NCBI GenBank assembly: GCA_951406725.2
Contig: OX597834.1
Location: forward strand, 39,618,001-39,682,000
Source of the DNA: Octopus vulgaris
Taxonomy: Eukaryota
Length of the DNA stretch: 64,000 nt
Direction: 5' to 3'
This document shows positions 39,422-53,760 of this stretch, piece after piece. Position 1 is the stretch's first letter. Every line of letters starts with the position of its first letter. A program made the translations under genes and the position numbers. A model generated the notes under the pieces. The model was not told where the DNA came from. It worked only from the letters and a program-made list of their open reading frames with translations, and did no database searches.

Positions 39422-40391
39422 AGATAGGCTTCTTTCAGTTTCTGCTTACCAAATCTACTCACAAGGCTTCGGTCGACCTGAGGCTATATAGTAGAAGACA
39501 CTTGCCCAAGGTAAGAAGGCACTTTTGCTACACATCCACACTTCTTACCACACAGCTATGCCTGTGAAAAACCTATAACCAAGAATGAAACCATTAGGCT
39601 ATGGGCTGGTCCCCTTACCTTGCATTCAGCTAGCACATTAGAGTGAATATAAAGAACGCTGGCACCACTTAGAACATTATATCCCTCTTATATACACACA
39701 CACACATATATATATACATATATACACATACATATAGTCCAACCCATGCCAGCAGGGAAAACAGATGTTAAATGATGAAGATAATTTTAAATCGTATGTA
39801 ATTAAACTTTTGGAGTGTGTGCAAGGGTGTATGTGTGTAGAAGGTGGGGGTGGACGGCTAGATAATTAACGGCAGTAAGAAATATATGAAGACATTAATA
39901 CCATATGGCTCTATACCTTTGGATTAAAAGTTCAGGTGTCAAAGCTCAGTTGGATCGTGTCAGGGGAAACTTGACTAAAAGACACACAGACACACGCACA
40001 TGCATACATATTACATATTATGAGAGAAAAAGGACGTGTATTTAGGGTGAAAGAGAGAGAGAGTGTTAAGGGAGAGGTATAGAAAGCACGTTGGGTTAGG
40101 GTGAGGGAGTTACCAAATATCAGAACTTAAGGGATTATATATCACTAGATTTCTACCAAATATGGCCGGGCGCCATACACAACAAGATTTATGGCAGCCT
40201 GCAAGATTAGCTTTTAAGGCTGTAAACACTCTTTTAAAATGTAAAAAAAAAAAAAAAAATTAAAAAAAAAAAGAACAAACAACAAAATATAAATATAATG
40301 ATATAGAATGAAATAAGGTATAAGTTCTTACAAATTGGTTATTTTGGCGCCTCAATAATATCTTTAACTTTGGGGCCAGTTCTAACATTAC

Positions 40392-40426
40392 CGTATTCTG
40401 CGTTGATTTAAAGAACACCAGGGCAT
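40392..40426 (-). CDS. Candidate alternative first coding exon (MPWCSLNQRRI/R) splicing into the exon at 38551
   Basis: ATG after an in-frame stop and a CG|GTAATG donor. Phase 2 is compatible. Weak start context. Confidence 0.22.
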
Positions 40427-40995
40427 AAGGAACTTCTGCTAGCAGACTGTGACATTAGTGCAGACTTTTTTTTGGTATCTCATTATGGATATAATTTCAA
40501 AAAGCTTAAAGTTATTTTCGTTTCCCTGCCTGATACATATATGTAACCTACACTTAACTGTTTGTTCTTTATGCAGAATGCATCCCAGCTAAATTATCCA
40601 ATATCAATATTTCAAATAATGTTTTGACTGATGTACAAATGTAATAATAATAATAATAATAATAATTGCTGTACTCCAAAAGACCCGACCACCACAACAG
40701 AACTGCAAGCCAAAAACCAAGATGCTGTGTGAAAAGTGTTGGAGTTGGTGCCATGCAAAAAACACTGATACCGGTGCCACGTAAAAAAGCTGTGGTGATG
40801 GTGCCACGTAAAAAGCACCAAGTACACTCTGTAATGTGGTTGGGATTAGGAAGGGCATCCAACTGTAGAAGCCAAGCCAAAACAGACTTTGGAACCTGGT
40901 GAAGCCCTTGGCTATGCCTGTTCCTGTCAAGCCATCCAACCCACGCCAGCATGGAAAACGGACATTAAATGTTGTTGTTGATAATAATAATAATG

Positions 40996-41030
<35 letters not shown>

Positions 41031-41418
41031 TACTCTTTTACTTGTTTCAGTCATTTGACTGTGGCCATGCTGGAGCACCGCCTTTAGTCGAGCAAATCGA
41101 CCCTAGGGCTTATTCTTTGTAAGCCTACTACTTACTCTATCGGTCTCTTTTGCCAAACCGCTAAGTTATGGGGACGTAAACACACCAGCATTGATTGTCA
41201 AGCGATGTTGGGAGGACAAATACAGACACACAAACACATATATATACATATATACGACGGACTTCTTTCAGTTTCCGTCTACCAAATCCACTCACAAGGC
41301 TTTGGTCGGCCCGAGGCTATAGTAGAAGACACTTGCCCAAGGTGCCATGCAGTGGGACTGAACCCAGAACCATGTGGTTTGTAAGCAAGCTACTTACCAC
41401 ACAGCCACTCCTACACCT
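41031..41418 (-). mobile_element. Major SINE copy
   Basis: Head-to-tail match to the family. Confidence 0.88.
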
Positions 41419-42674
41419 AATAATAATAATACTTGTGTTTGTTTTCATATTAAGATTGGGAAAAATCAGCCTTGTTTGTAAAAATTTTGGGACCTGGGTT
41501 TGCACCCTCAATGCAAATTTCAATCCTGCATATATGGAAATTGACGACGGTTGGCAACAGGAAGAGCATCCAGCTACGACCCATGCAAGCATGGAAAAGC
41601 AGAAGTTAAATTATGATGATGATGATGATGATGATGAAATTAAACTGTATGGTAGAAATTGTTTGTTTTTAAAACAGCAACAAAGAGTATAGAGACAAAG
41701 AGTGTGTGTGTGTGTGTGTGTGGTTGGAGCACCATCCCAGAAGCACGAACAATAATTTTAGTATTGTCTATAAAATAGCTGCCAGTACCACTTAGAATAT
41801 TATATCTTTCTGATATACATCAGAGAACTTATATACATCAGAACTGATATATATCAGAGAACTTTTATTTTATTTTATTTTATTTTATTTTATTTTGTTT
41901 TTATTTTATTGTTGAAGAGAAAAATAAAAGGAATTAGAAATCAGGCAGAGTTCAACAAATTTAGTCTAAGATAATGTATTCAAGTGGTGCTTACCATTCC
42001 ACTCCTGAAAATAGCAGTAATTATATGCAGATAATAAAAAACCCAAATAAATAATAAAAATAGTTAATTTAAATAACGGTTTAGAGAAAGATGCGATGAT
42101 TATCTTTTCCTAGCAGAGATATGAAGAGAAATATTAGACATTGCTCTGAGTGAAGCTGGATTATTTGTAATATCGCTTCTTAATTGTGTTAATAATTAAA
42201 AACAGAAAGATGATTGGCCAATCTGATGGATAGGGTTGGGGAGCAGGAAGGAAGTTCTTTCCTTATCTTTTTATCGTTTGCTTGTTTCAATCATTGGATG
42301 GCAGCCATGCGGGGGCACTTCCTCGAAGGGGTTCAGTGCAACAGATGGAGCCCAGTCTGGCGTTTTGGGGTTTTTTTTTGGTTTTTTTCTATTCAGTCTG
42401 TTACTTATTCTATTGGTGTCCTTCACTGAACTGTTAAGTTATTGGATGCAAACAAACCAACACCGGTTGTCAAATAGTGGTGGTGGTTGTGGGGAAACAA
42501 ACATAAAGACACACATATGTACATGTATATATATATATGTGTGTGTATGCCCTCTTGTCATCCGTTAATTTTATTTGTTTATCTGAATTGATTATTTAAA
42601 TTGACTATATATATACATATACATATATACTCCAACCCATGCTAGCATGGAAAGCGGACGTTAAACGATGATGA

Positions 42675-42733
<59 letters not shown>

Positions 42734-42892
42734 CGACAGGTCCCCTCCTACACAATTTCTGTCTACCAACATCAATGTGAAACAATAAGTGGGCATCAAC
42801 ATGTTGAACGGATTTTAAAGGGTCACCATGATAGAGAGCTGGATGGCATGAATGAAGATAATTTAGAGCTTATTTTATATGGAAATTACGGA

Positions 42893-43040
42893 GAGGCGCA
42901 GGAGTGGCTGTGTGGTAAGTAGCTTGCTTACCAACCACATGGTTCCGGGCTCAGTCCCACTACATGGCCCCTTGGGCAAGTGTCTTCTACTTTAGCCACT
43001 CACAAGGCTTTGGTAGACGGAAACTGAAAAGAAGCCCGTC

Positions 43041-43096
<56 letters not shown>

Positions 43097-43300
43097 GTGC
43101 ATGTTTGTGTGCCTGTGTTTGTTCCCCTCAACATTGCTTGATAACCGATGCTGGTGTGTTTACGTCCTCGTAACTTGGCGGTTTGGCAAAAGAGACCGAT
43201 TAGAATAAGTACTAGGCTTACAAAGAATAAGTCCTGGGGGTCGATTTGCTCGACTAAAGGCAGTGCTCCAGCATGGCCACAGTCAAATGACTGAAACAAA
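42893..43300 (+). mobile_element. Major SINE copy
   Basis: Family match with an internal deletion. Confidence 0.85.
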
Positions 43301-44569
43301 ATGAAAGAGATAATGACCAGAACCATGAAGATGATTATGGCAATGATGAAGAAGATGATTACAACGATGATGGTGACAACAGTGATGATGATGATGACGA
43401 TGATGATGATGACGATGCATACTAATGCAAATTAACAAAACTTTGTCAGCATCAATATCAGAAATAAAACAAGGCTAAGGTACAGTTTATGTAAAAGACA
43501 ATACTTTTCACTAAAACTTCTTTATTCCTAGAAAAGAGACCAAGTCTGGGCAGGAAGCATCGAATGGTGTTGCAGGGAATTTTTCAAATGAACACCAAAA
43601 GATCAAATACCTTATTAGCATAGTATTTCCATTTAATGACGCTAGACATGAAAAGCTTACCATTCCACTTGAAATGAAGAAGTGAAGCAAAGCCATTAAA
43701 ATACTCGCTCGTGGCAGCATACCAAAGAAACGGTATGAAAAGGCGCCGCAGTAATGTGACAGAAAAGCAACAAGACAAACAACAAAATGAGTTTGATCTC
43801 CAACAAGTTTCCAAACAGAAATAGCTTTTATAAAGTGTGGAACTAGACGTGTAAATGGCGCTAAGTACCGAATAAAGAATCTGATACAGAGGTTAGCAGT
43901 GCGTGGCCGGAATTTGGTCGGGAGGAGGAGGAGGAGAAAGGGAGATGAAAACTTCGAGAAGTCAGAATATTATTCAATAAATTATTATTATTATTATTAT
44001 TATTATTATCGTTGTTGTTGTTGCTGGTATTTTCTGAGTTCAAATTCTGCCTAGATCAACGTTGCTTTTTAACCCTTTGGGGGGGGGGGGGTCAATAAAA
44101 TTATTACCAGTTCAACACTGGGGCGGTGGTGGGGGGTGGGGGCAATGTAATCGACTTATCCCAGACACTAACATACACACATTCACACACATATATACAT
44201 ACACACACACCACATATATACATACATACATAAAGGTCAACTTTGCTGTTCATCTTTTCGGGGTCAATAAATTGAGTACCAGTTGAGTATACTGGGGTCA
44301 ATGTAACTGACTAGTCCCCCTCCCCACAAATTTCAGGCCTTGTGTCTATAGTAGAAAGGAACTGGCAGAATCGTTAGCATGCCGGGCGAAATGCTTAACG
44401 GACTTTCATCTGCCACTATGTTCTGAGTTCAAATTCCACCATGGTCGACTTAGCCTTTCATCCTTTCAGGGTCAATAAATTAAGTACCAGAAGAGTACAG
44501 GGGTCAGTGTAATTGACTTAACCCCCTCCTCCAAAATTCCAGGCCTTGTGCCTGTAGTAGAAAGGATTG

Positions 44570-44926
44570 TTACCTTCACCTTAGCGAAGGTAGAGGTATT
44601 GTTTGCTGGTTTGTCCCTGGACAAGATATCTCAAGAACCACTGGATGGATTCGGATGAAACTTTCAGAGATGCTTGATCTTGTAACTGGCACAAACTGAT
44701 TAGATTTTGGGATCGCTCCGGTACCAGACAAGGATTCTGGATTAGTTTTCCTGTGTTTTTTTACTTAATATTTGAGAGCGGTCAGGTTCATTTTTAATAT
44801 TCTCATTTCTCAGAGCAGTCAAGTTTATTTCAGATATTCTCATTTTAAAAATCATCACCAGCTAACCATTGAGAGGACCATTGGTGTTGCTTTGGCGGAA
44901 GTTTGCGCTTTCTCAAAGCTCTTGTT
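44570..44926 (+). mobile_element. Non-autonomous Helentron/DINE-like element
   Basis: 5' hairpin taccttc..gaaggta, core gatatctcaagaaccactggatggattcggatgaaactt, and 3' ggcggaagtttgcgct...cttgtt. Layout typical of HINE/DINE elements. Confidence 0.55.
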
Positions 44927-45093
44927 ATTATAATCGCTATGAGTTTGAATCCCACCAAGACTAATTTTTGCCTTTCATCCTCCTGGGGGTTGATAAAATA
45001 AGTACCAGTGAAACACTGGGGTTGACACAATCAACTTATCGCTTCCCACAAAATTTCTGGCCTTGAGCCTTTTAGTAGAAAGGATTATTATTA

Positions 45094-45137
<44 letters not shown>

Positions 45138-45641
45138 GTTGTTGTTGTTATTATTATTATTACATCTTTAATACTGCAGCTTTACTTTGTAAATATGTGA
45201 ATTCCTTTGTAGTTTTTGTTGTGGTTTTACGATTAGCTTCTATTTTTTTTTCCCATCATTTGTATTTTATTCATTGCTTTCAATAATGAAAGTCTTTTCG
45301 TTTGTTCGTTAAGCTTTGTTGCTTCATCTCACTTCTACCTCCCACCCCTACCACCACCACCACCACCCCTACCACACACACACACAATTTTAATAATATT
45401 CTATTCTTGATATTTAATAGTTCCCTTGGGTATATTTACATATGTTACGCTTGCTCCGGCGGCTACACAGTTATCATCTCGTATATAAAAAGCGAGTGTA
45501 TATATGTGAATGTGTATGTGTCTCTGTTGGGGGTATATAATATATTCATTAAGTTCTCTGTATCAATATTCATATCAGGACCTTTACAACGAAGCTGGCC
45601 GCACATTTAATCTTCACATAAAACGTGTATGTATGTGCATG

Positions 45642-45686
<45 letters not shown>

Positions 45687-45708
45687 ATATATCCATCTAT
45701 ATATATCC

Positions 45709-45740
<32 letters not shown>

Positions 45741-46728
45741 CAATATATCCATCTATATATATCCATGTGTATATATATATATATATATATGTATGTATAC
45801 AGATAGATATATTTATACATATATAGATATATATATACACACACACACAATATATATATATACACACACACACATATATATATGAATATATATGTCTACA
45901 CACAGAGTCATATAGACTGGTTCCGACCAGTAGACTGGGGACACACTGGGGAACTACAATTGTGTGTGTATGTGTATAATAATGTATGTGTGTACTAGTG
46001 TATACATGTGTGTGTGTATACATATCTATCCATATATATGTATATAGATATACATATATATATCTATGCATGTCTGACTATGTACAAATATATATATGTG
46101 TGTGTGTGGATGTGGTGCTCCAGCATGGCCAGTGTCAAATGACTGAAACAAGTAAAAGAATGAAGTAAAAGAATATACACACACACACACACACTTGTGT
46201 ATGTTGTGCTGTGTTGTGTTTGTTCCCGACTACCACTTGTCAACCGGCGTTGGTTTGTTTACATCCGATGAAACCTAGCGGACCGGCAAAAAAAGACGTC
46301 TGGAACAAGTAACGAAATCTGGAATATAAGTAAAGGGGTCGACTTGTTCGACTGCAACAAGTAAAAGGGAGACGGCATACATGTGCACATGCATGTGTGC
46401 ATGCATGCGTGCGATGTGTGAACAGATACATTCATTTCCCGTTTACAGCTTACTTCATTTGAACTCATCATGCTGAGACGTATAACGAAACATGGTGACC
46501 ACAGCGCAGTTGCTGATTTTATCAAATATGAAACATTTCAGCTCCACCCTACCACATGTATTGAGTACTTTCTATTCAACAGTAGATACTTCTGTTTCAC
46601 AAACATGTCTTAATTATATGTATATTTCCATATAGGTGTGTATGTTTATGTATACATATATATATGTGTGTTCACCTGTGTATTTAGTATATATTTATTT
46701 GTTTATTTACAATATGTTTTTGAAATAT

Positions 46729-46768
<40 letters not shown>

Positions 46769-46775
46769 TATACAC

Positions 46776-46812
<37 letters not shown>

Positions 46813-46882
46813 ATATATATATATATACACATGTATATACATATGTATATATATATGTATATATATATATACATGTGTATAT

Positions 46883-46931
<49 letters not shown>

Positions 46932-47744
46932 TATTGGAAAAGGATATGTGGTGTTCGATCATATAATAATATAAATAATATATAAATATATGCATATATA
47001 CATACATATATGTACGTGTTGTGTTTGTGTGTATGTACATATGTATGTCTGCATATGTGTGTGTGTGTGTATATATGTGTACATGTATATGTGTGTGTGT
47101 GCATGTGTTTATGTGTTGTGTATGTATGTCTGAACACACACACACACAATCTGCACGTTTATTCAGCTGAAACTATATGTATGCACAGACATTTTTGTGT
47201 TTGCACTTGTGTTCAAACGCGTAAGAATGAACCGTAAATAATGGCGCAAGAGACACAGCCAAATAAAAATATAAACTATACTTTATATCAGCTATTGAGT
47301 ACTTTTTATTTGTCTTCATTGCAAACAACATATGTTTGCTTGTATTTGTGTATAAATATCTGACCATATATGTGTGTATCTGTGCGTGTGTGTGTATTTG
47401 TGTATAAGTGTGTGTGTGTGTGTGTGTGTGTGTAGACACAACAACGGTTCAAAGCAATTCAAATAATTTTTTTATCTTCTATTCTGGTCCATTGAGGAAA
47501 ACTTGAAAGAGGTGAATATAAAATATGTTCGGGTCAATAAGTCGAAAGAACCCTTTTATATGTACAACAATGCCATGAAAGACAATGTTTAAAAAGAGAG
47601 GCAATCGATCAATTGAAAAAATGTAACTGATGTGGTGGTGGTCATCCTGTCTCCACCATCTGTCTTTTAGTAATTATTATATAGCAGTCTACATTACCAG
47701 AACCACCAGTACTGCTGGAAAATATATGTATACATACATGTGTA

Positions 47745-47782
<38 letters not shown>

Positions 47783-47795
47783 ATTATTTGAGGGA

Positions 47796-48137
47796 ATATT
47801 AATCCTAACTTATAGGGAAAAATTCAATTTAGAAATACTAAATCAAATTTCACACAATATAATATATATATAAAAATTAGAAAAAAACACCTTTTATCAA
47901 TTCAAAATGAACAATTAAATTACACCATCTAGAAAATTTAATTAATCATCGGTATATTATTGTTATTTTAATTTTAATATTTCTATTATATGTAATTTTC
48001 AAGATGGTGTAATTTAATTGTTCATTTTGAATTGATAAAAGGTGTTTTTTTCTAATTTTTATATATATATTATATTGTGTGAAATTTGATTTAGTATTTC
48101 TAAATTGAATTTTTCCCTATAAGTTAGGATTAATATT
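47796..48137. repeat. Long near-perfect inverted repeat (arms ~47796-47937 and ~47995-48137)
   Basis: The right arm is the reverse complement of the left with about one mismatch. A partial family copy is at 4490-4600. Confidence 0.92.
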
Positions 48138-49467
48138 GGTAAAAGGTGGGTTTTTTCTAATTTATATATATATCAAATAAAATTAAAATTATAGAAATAT
48201 TAAAATTACTAAGTCTCTTTAAAAGAGATTACGACAGCGTTTCTGGAAATTAATAGTTATCGCCATACTAACATGGCATTCTTAAAAATAAGAATAAAGC
48301 TGTCGCTGATTAGCTCCATGAAGCCATCGCCTCAAGCTAGCTACTTGACACACAAACTGCATCCGTTATTATATAGAGAGAGGGGCAGGGGGGAGAGAGA
48401 AACAGAAAGACAGTGGTACTGGACAGATAGTTAAACCACAGAGTGGTACTGGTTGCTTTTTATGTGGCATCAGTACCCACACAATGCTTTTCACATATGA
48501 ATATATACATGTGTGTCTTTATGCCTCTTTGTCTTCACATCACATGATATTTGTAAATGAGTGTCCCTGTCATACAAGCAGTGTCGTTTATTTTCTAATA
48601 TTCTTCAATTTTGTGACATTCATTTCTAATATGGTGGTTACGGAGTAGTAATACTACCTGACTAGGAAACGAATGAAGGTTTGGTGATAGGAAGAGCATC
48701 CAGCCGTGGAAACATCTACCACAATAAAAGACCATTTGATCCATGCAAGCATGGAAAAATTGAACATTAGAATGACGATGATGATGATGATGAGAACCTA
48801 GTGATGTTTGCTGATACATAGTAGTAAAAACAACACTGATGTCTTGTTGCCATGGTGATGGTTGTGACCGTCTAACTGGTTCAAGTATAGACAGATGATG
48901 ATGATAATATCATCATCATCATCACCACCACCATCATTATCAGTGTCACTACAAACATCATCATCATCACCACCATCTTTATACTTCATATGAGTAGCCA
49001 TAAATTAAACAGAATCCTGTTCTTCCAAAACCGATTTTGATTGCTGGTTCTTCCTGGCAGCAAGCAGTTAGTTTAAGTGGTATTTCTGAATAGCTTCGAA
49101 GTGGAAGTGTCTGCAGTTGCAATGTGGATTTTGTTTGAAGAACAATTCCAGGCATTTAGTAACAGGAAATGGTAAAAAAATAAATGATTTAACAACAGAC
49201 TTTGGCAGCTGAAGCAACAAAGCACAAGCAAGATAGAATTTCTACCTAAAACATATTCACCTAGGTGGAGATGTGGCTTGGTGACTAAGAACCTTGCTTT
49301 GAAGCTGCATGGCTTCAGGTTCAGTTCCACTGCACAGCACTACTTTGGGCAAGTGTCTTTTATACCAACCAATGCCTTGTGAGTGAATTTGGTAGATGGA
49401 AACTGCAAGGAAGCCTATCGTATATGGAAGTATGCATATGTATATAACTGTGTGTGTGCATATATAT

Positions 49468-49518
<51 letters not shown>

Positions 49519-49989
49519 CCGTTACGTCCTGAGTTCAAATTCCACCGAGGTCGACTTTGCCTGTCATCCTTTCGGGGTCGATAAATTAAGTACCAGTTAC
49601 GCACTGGGGTCGATGTAATCGACTTAATCCGTTTGTCCTTGCTTGTCCTCTCTATGTTTAGCCCCTTGTGGGTAATAAAGAAACATATATATGCATGTGT
49701 ATATGTATGTATGTATGGATGTGTAGATCACATGATCATGTGACTGACCAGGTTATCAGATGTTGTTGTACATCGCTGGTCACAATGTGCTTTTTGCATT
49801 ATTTTAGCCTTCAAATGATGCCACCACACTGGTTAGGTGAGCAAGCGGGCCAACCTTTGCCCCCTGATCAAAAGTGGGCTTCAAGTGATGTGAAATGAAG
49901 TGTTTTGCTCAAGAACACAATGCGCTGCCCAATCAGAGAATCAAATCCACAATCTAGAGATCATGAGTGCAACAATCTAACCACTAGAC

Positions 49990-50208
49990 CAGTGGTTTTC
50001 AAACTTTTTGCTGGAGCAGAACCCCAAGGAAACATTCCACTGGCTCGAGGAACCCCTGTGCAATAATTTGATAGTCTTATGCACATATATCTGCACAGGA
50101 GAATTAAAAATTACTGCCGATTTTAGCAGTTTTGTAACTTCTTGCGGAACCTCTGGACTGTACTGGCGGAACCCTAAGGTTCCGCGGAACCCTGGTTGAA
50201 AACCACTG
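49990..50208. mobile_element. hAT (Charlie-like) MITE
   Basis: Perfect 13-bp TIRs CAGTGGTTTTCAA and TTGAAAACCACTG. TSD cactagac/cactagag. Confidence 0.88.
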
Positions 50209-50612
50209 CACTAGAGAGACAGATATCTTTTGTTTGTTTGTGCTGATATCTCAGTTGGTAAGAAGCCGAAATCTTGAGTAGAACAACAACCAGTCATTAT
50301 TCTGATTGTAAGCAGAGGGGAAACCCCCTGGCAGGAATGATGAGAAAATATATGAAGCCTTTATGACAATAAAAGAGCCGGGGGGGGGGGGAGCTTATAA
50401 ACAAGGCTTGTCATGAGTCTCTTTCAAAATACATTAATACTAACAAGAAGATAATGACAGAGACAGGCAGAAGGTGGGAGAGAGAGAGGGATCTCAAGGA
50501 AAAAGGAAAGAGGAAAGAAAAACATTAATGGTTTTGAAAGATTAAGAACATTATCAGCTATTATTCTGAATGAATCATGGAAGGAAATAGGTTTCCTTCT
50601 TCTTCTACGACA

Positions 50613-50780
50613 ACAAGAATTGGAAGAAGAAGAAGAATTGGAAGAAGAAGAAGAAGAAGAAGAAGAAGAAGAAGAAAAAGAAGAAAAATTGGAGAAGAAG
50701 AAGAAGAAGAAGAATTGGAGAAGAAGAAAAAGAAGAAGAATTGGAGGAGGAGGAAGAATTGGAGGAGAAGGAGGAAGAGG
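50613..50780. repeat. (GAA)n/(GGA)n purine tract punctuated by AATTGG
   Basis: Direct inspection. Confidence 0.9.
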
Positions 50781-51360
50781 TTTCTTTCAGTTTCTGTCTA
50801 CCAAATCCACTCACAAGGCTTTGGTCAGCCTGAAGCTAGAGTAGAAGGCGCTTGCCCAAGTTGTCATGCAGTGGGACTGAACCTGGAACCATGTGGTTGG
50901 GAAGCAAGCTTCTTACCACACAGCCACAACATCTCAAGGATTCTGCCAAATTGGTGCTTTAGTTCTTGGATAGAACAATATCTTGTAAGAAGCCAAGATG
51001 AAAAAAAAAAAAAAAAAGACCACCACCACCACAACTGTCATTATTACAACCACTAACAACCACCACCACCACCATGTTTATAGTGTTGCTTCTGCTGCCG
51101 CTGCTACTACTACTACTCCTGCTGCTGCTGTTTGGTGGAGCCAAGGAATTTGTTGGAAATCATCGCAATTAACAGAATTTGTATTGTCTAAAAGGGAAAA
51201 CAGTGAACACAAGTGAAACGGTGCCAAGTCTGCTACAAAACTGGGACCAGTTGCGGGGTGGGGGGGTGAGGGGGGGTAAAGTGCGGGGGGGAGAAGGTGC
51301 CAGTACAGGGTGGGAGTTGGGATTTACAAGTGTGCTTAACCAAAGCAATAAAACAACCAT

Positions 51361-51423
<63 letters not shown>

Positions 51424-51553
51424 CACCAATACCCTTACTACCACTGCTTGTGTGTCTAAATATAACAAGACATAAATAAACAGCGAATATTAAAAAAAAA
51501 AACAATGACATCAAGTTTTTTCCATCAGATGCACCCATACACAAATACATATA

Positions 51554-51615
<62 letters not shown>

Positions 51616-53307
51616 GACACAGAGACACTATAGGTAGATATAGAAACACGTAGCTGTGTATGTAAACTAGAGAATTCCTGTCTTATCTCTGTTTGAAGAG
51701 CAGAATAAACAGTTGAACAAGGAATGGTTCAGCTGGGAAATTTCACCCATCACTTAAAGCTGAACTTAAGCGGAAATACATTGCTTAGGTAACTGAACTG
51801 ATAAACTATAGATTAAATATATGTTAGCAACCATATTCTCTATGGTTAACTAACTAAACACTGTTTTTACTTAACTAGTACGGTTTACACAGTAGCAAGT
51901 GAAGTCACTCTGTACCGAGTTCACCTTTTACGATCCGGCAAGAAACCATCTTTATAGTTGCTCTGTTTGATAGAAATAGCTGCTAAATCTCAATCGAATC
52001 ACATGCTATGGTTTTTATAAAAGAAGTGTGCATTAAACTGGAGTTTCTAGTAGGTGGGGCAGGTGCCATTGAGGAAGGGGCCGTGCTGTGAGGATGGGTA
52101 AAAATGTCGTCTTTTAGCTTTTGCATGTTTCAGTCGTTGGGTTACAGCCATGCTGGAGCACTCCCTTGAAGGTTTTTAGCTGAACAAATTCACCCCACCC
52201 ACCCCGCAATGCTAATTTGTTTGTTTGCTCTTTTTTTTTATTATCTTTTTGAGCCTGATGTTTATTCTAAAGACATCTTTTGCCAAACTGCTAAGTCATT
52301 GGGGCAGGGGGGGGGGATAAAAACAAACCAACACCAGAGTAAGTGTGACAGGGCAGATCTAGCGAGTTTGCAAAAAAAAAGTAGGGGGGGGGGGGTAGAA
52401 TATTTAGGCCAGATATGGTTGATTTGAATGCTAAGGAGTTGTCTAGCCCTATACTGATGAAAGAAGAGTTATGAGTATGAACTATTTTGTGTTGAGGGGA
52501 GGGTAAAACAATTCCCATATTTTCGGGGGCTGGGACTCGCTTTGAGGACAATTGCATCAGTAATCAATGCTTTAAATATAGAGCAGATGGTAAAGTCATG
52601 GCTGGAGTGCCTCTGATTATAATATTCTCCAATCAAGATTGATTTGGAGCTCATCGTCTGATTGCACTGCTGGTACAAATTCTCCCGATTCTCTCTCACC
52701 ATCCGATTCTATTGTTCCTCATATTCGGCAGGTCAGAGGAATTACCGTTTATATCATCACAAATCTGCTTAGTATAAGTCTTGGGTTCTAATCCCCTGCT
52801 AGCTCTTCCCTTTGTGGGCCCCTACGAAAAAAAAAAAACTTCGTCTTTAACGAACTGGCACTCCATTGGTAACGAGGAGAGTTCCAATTGATCTAATCAA
52901 CAGAAACAGCCTGCTCATGATAATTAACATGCAAGAGGCTGAGCATAATTTCGTTCTCAGATCGATTCAGTATGACACAGATACTGACACAGTTGCCCTT
53001 TCGAAATTCAAGCACAACACATTTTTACCAGCTGAGGGACCTGGAGCAACATGAAATGAAGTATCTTGCTCAAGGACACAACGCGTCGCTGGGAATCGAA
53101 CTCACAATCTTATGATTGTAAGCCGAATACCCTAACCATTTAGCCACATGTGTTAAGCCATTTGCATGTTAATGTCACGAGCAGGCTGTTCCACTGCTCT
53201 GATCAGCTGGAGGCCTCGTGGCGGGTGACCGACCAGTGGACTTTATGACAGAGCATGAATTTTTTATTTACTAAAATATCAAACATTTTTAATGTCATCC
53301 GTATTAT

Positions 53308-53521
53308 TTACTCTTTTACTTGTTTCAGTCATTTGACTGCGTCCATGCTGGAGCACCGCCTTTAATCGAGTAACTTGACCCCGGGACTTATTCTTTTGTA
53401 AGCCCAGTACTTATTCTATCGGTCTCTTTTGCCGAACCGCTAAGTGACAGGGACGTAAACACACCAGCATCGGTTGTCAAGCAATGCTAGGGGGACAAAC
53501 ACAGTCATACAAACACACACA

Positions 53522-53564
<43 letters not shown>

Positions 53565-53760
53565 GACGGGCTTCTTTCAGTTTCCGTCTACCAAATCCAC
53601 TCACAAGGCTTTGGTCAGCCCGAGGCTATAGTAGAAGACACTTGCCCAAGTTGTCACGCAGTGGGATGAACCTGGAACCATGTGGTTGGTAAACAAGCTA
53701 CTTACAACACAGCCACTCCTGTGCCTATGCTACTTACCACACAGCCACTCCTGCGCCTAT
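53308..53760 (-). mobile_element. Major SINE copy with a duplicated 5' end
   Basis: Family match. gctacttac..cacagccactcctg.gcctat occurs twice at 53697-53760. Confidence 0.88.

Noticed and set aside
40332-40388. ATG...TTT|GTAAG candidate exon (MLELAPKLKILLRRQNNQF)
   Set aside because: Phase 0 is incompatible with the phase-2 acceptor at 38551.
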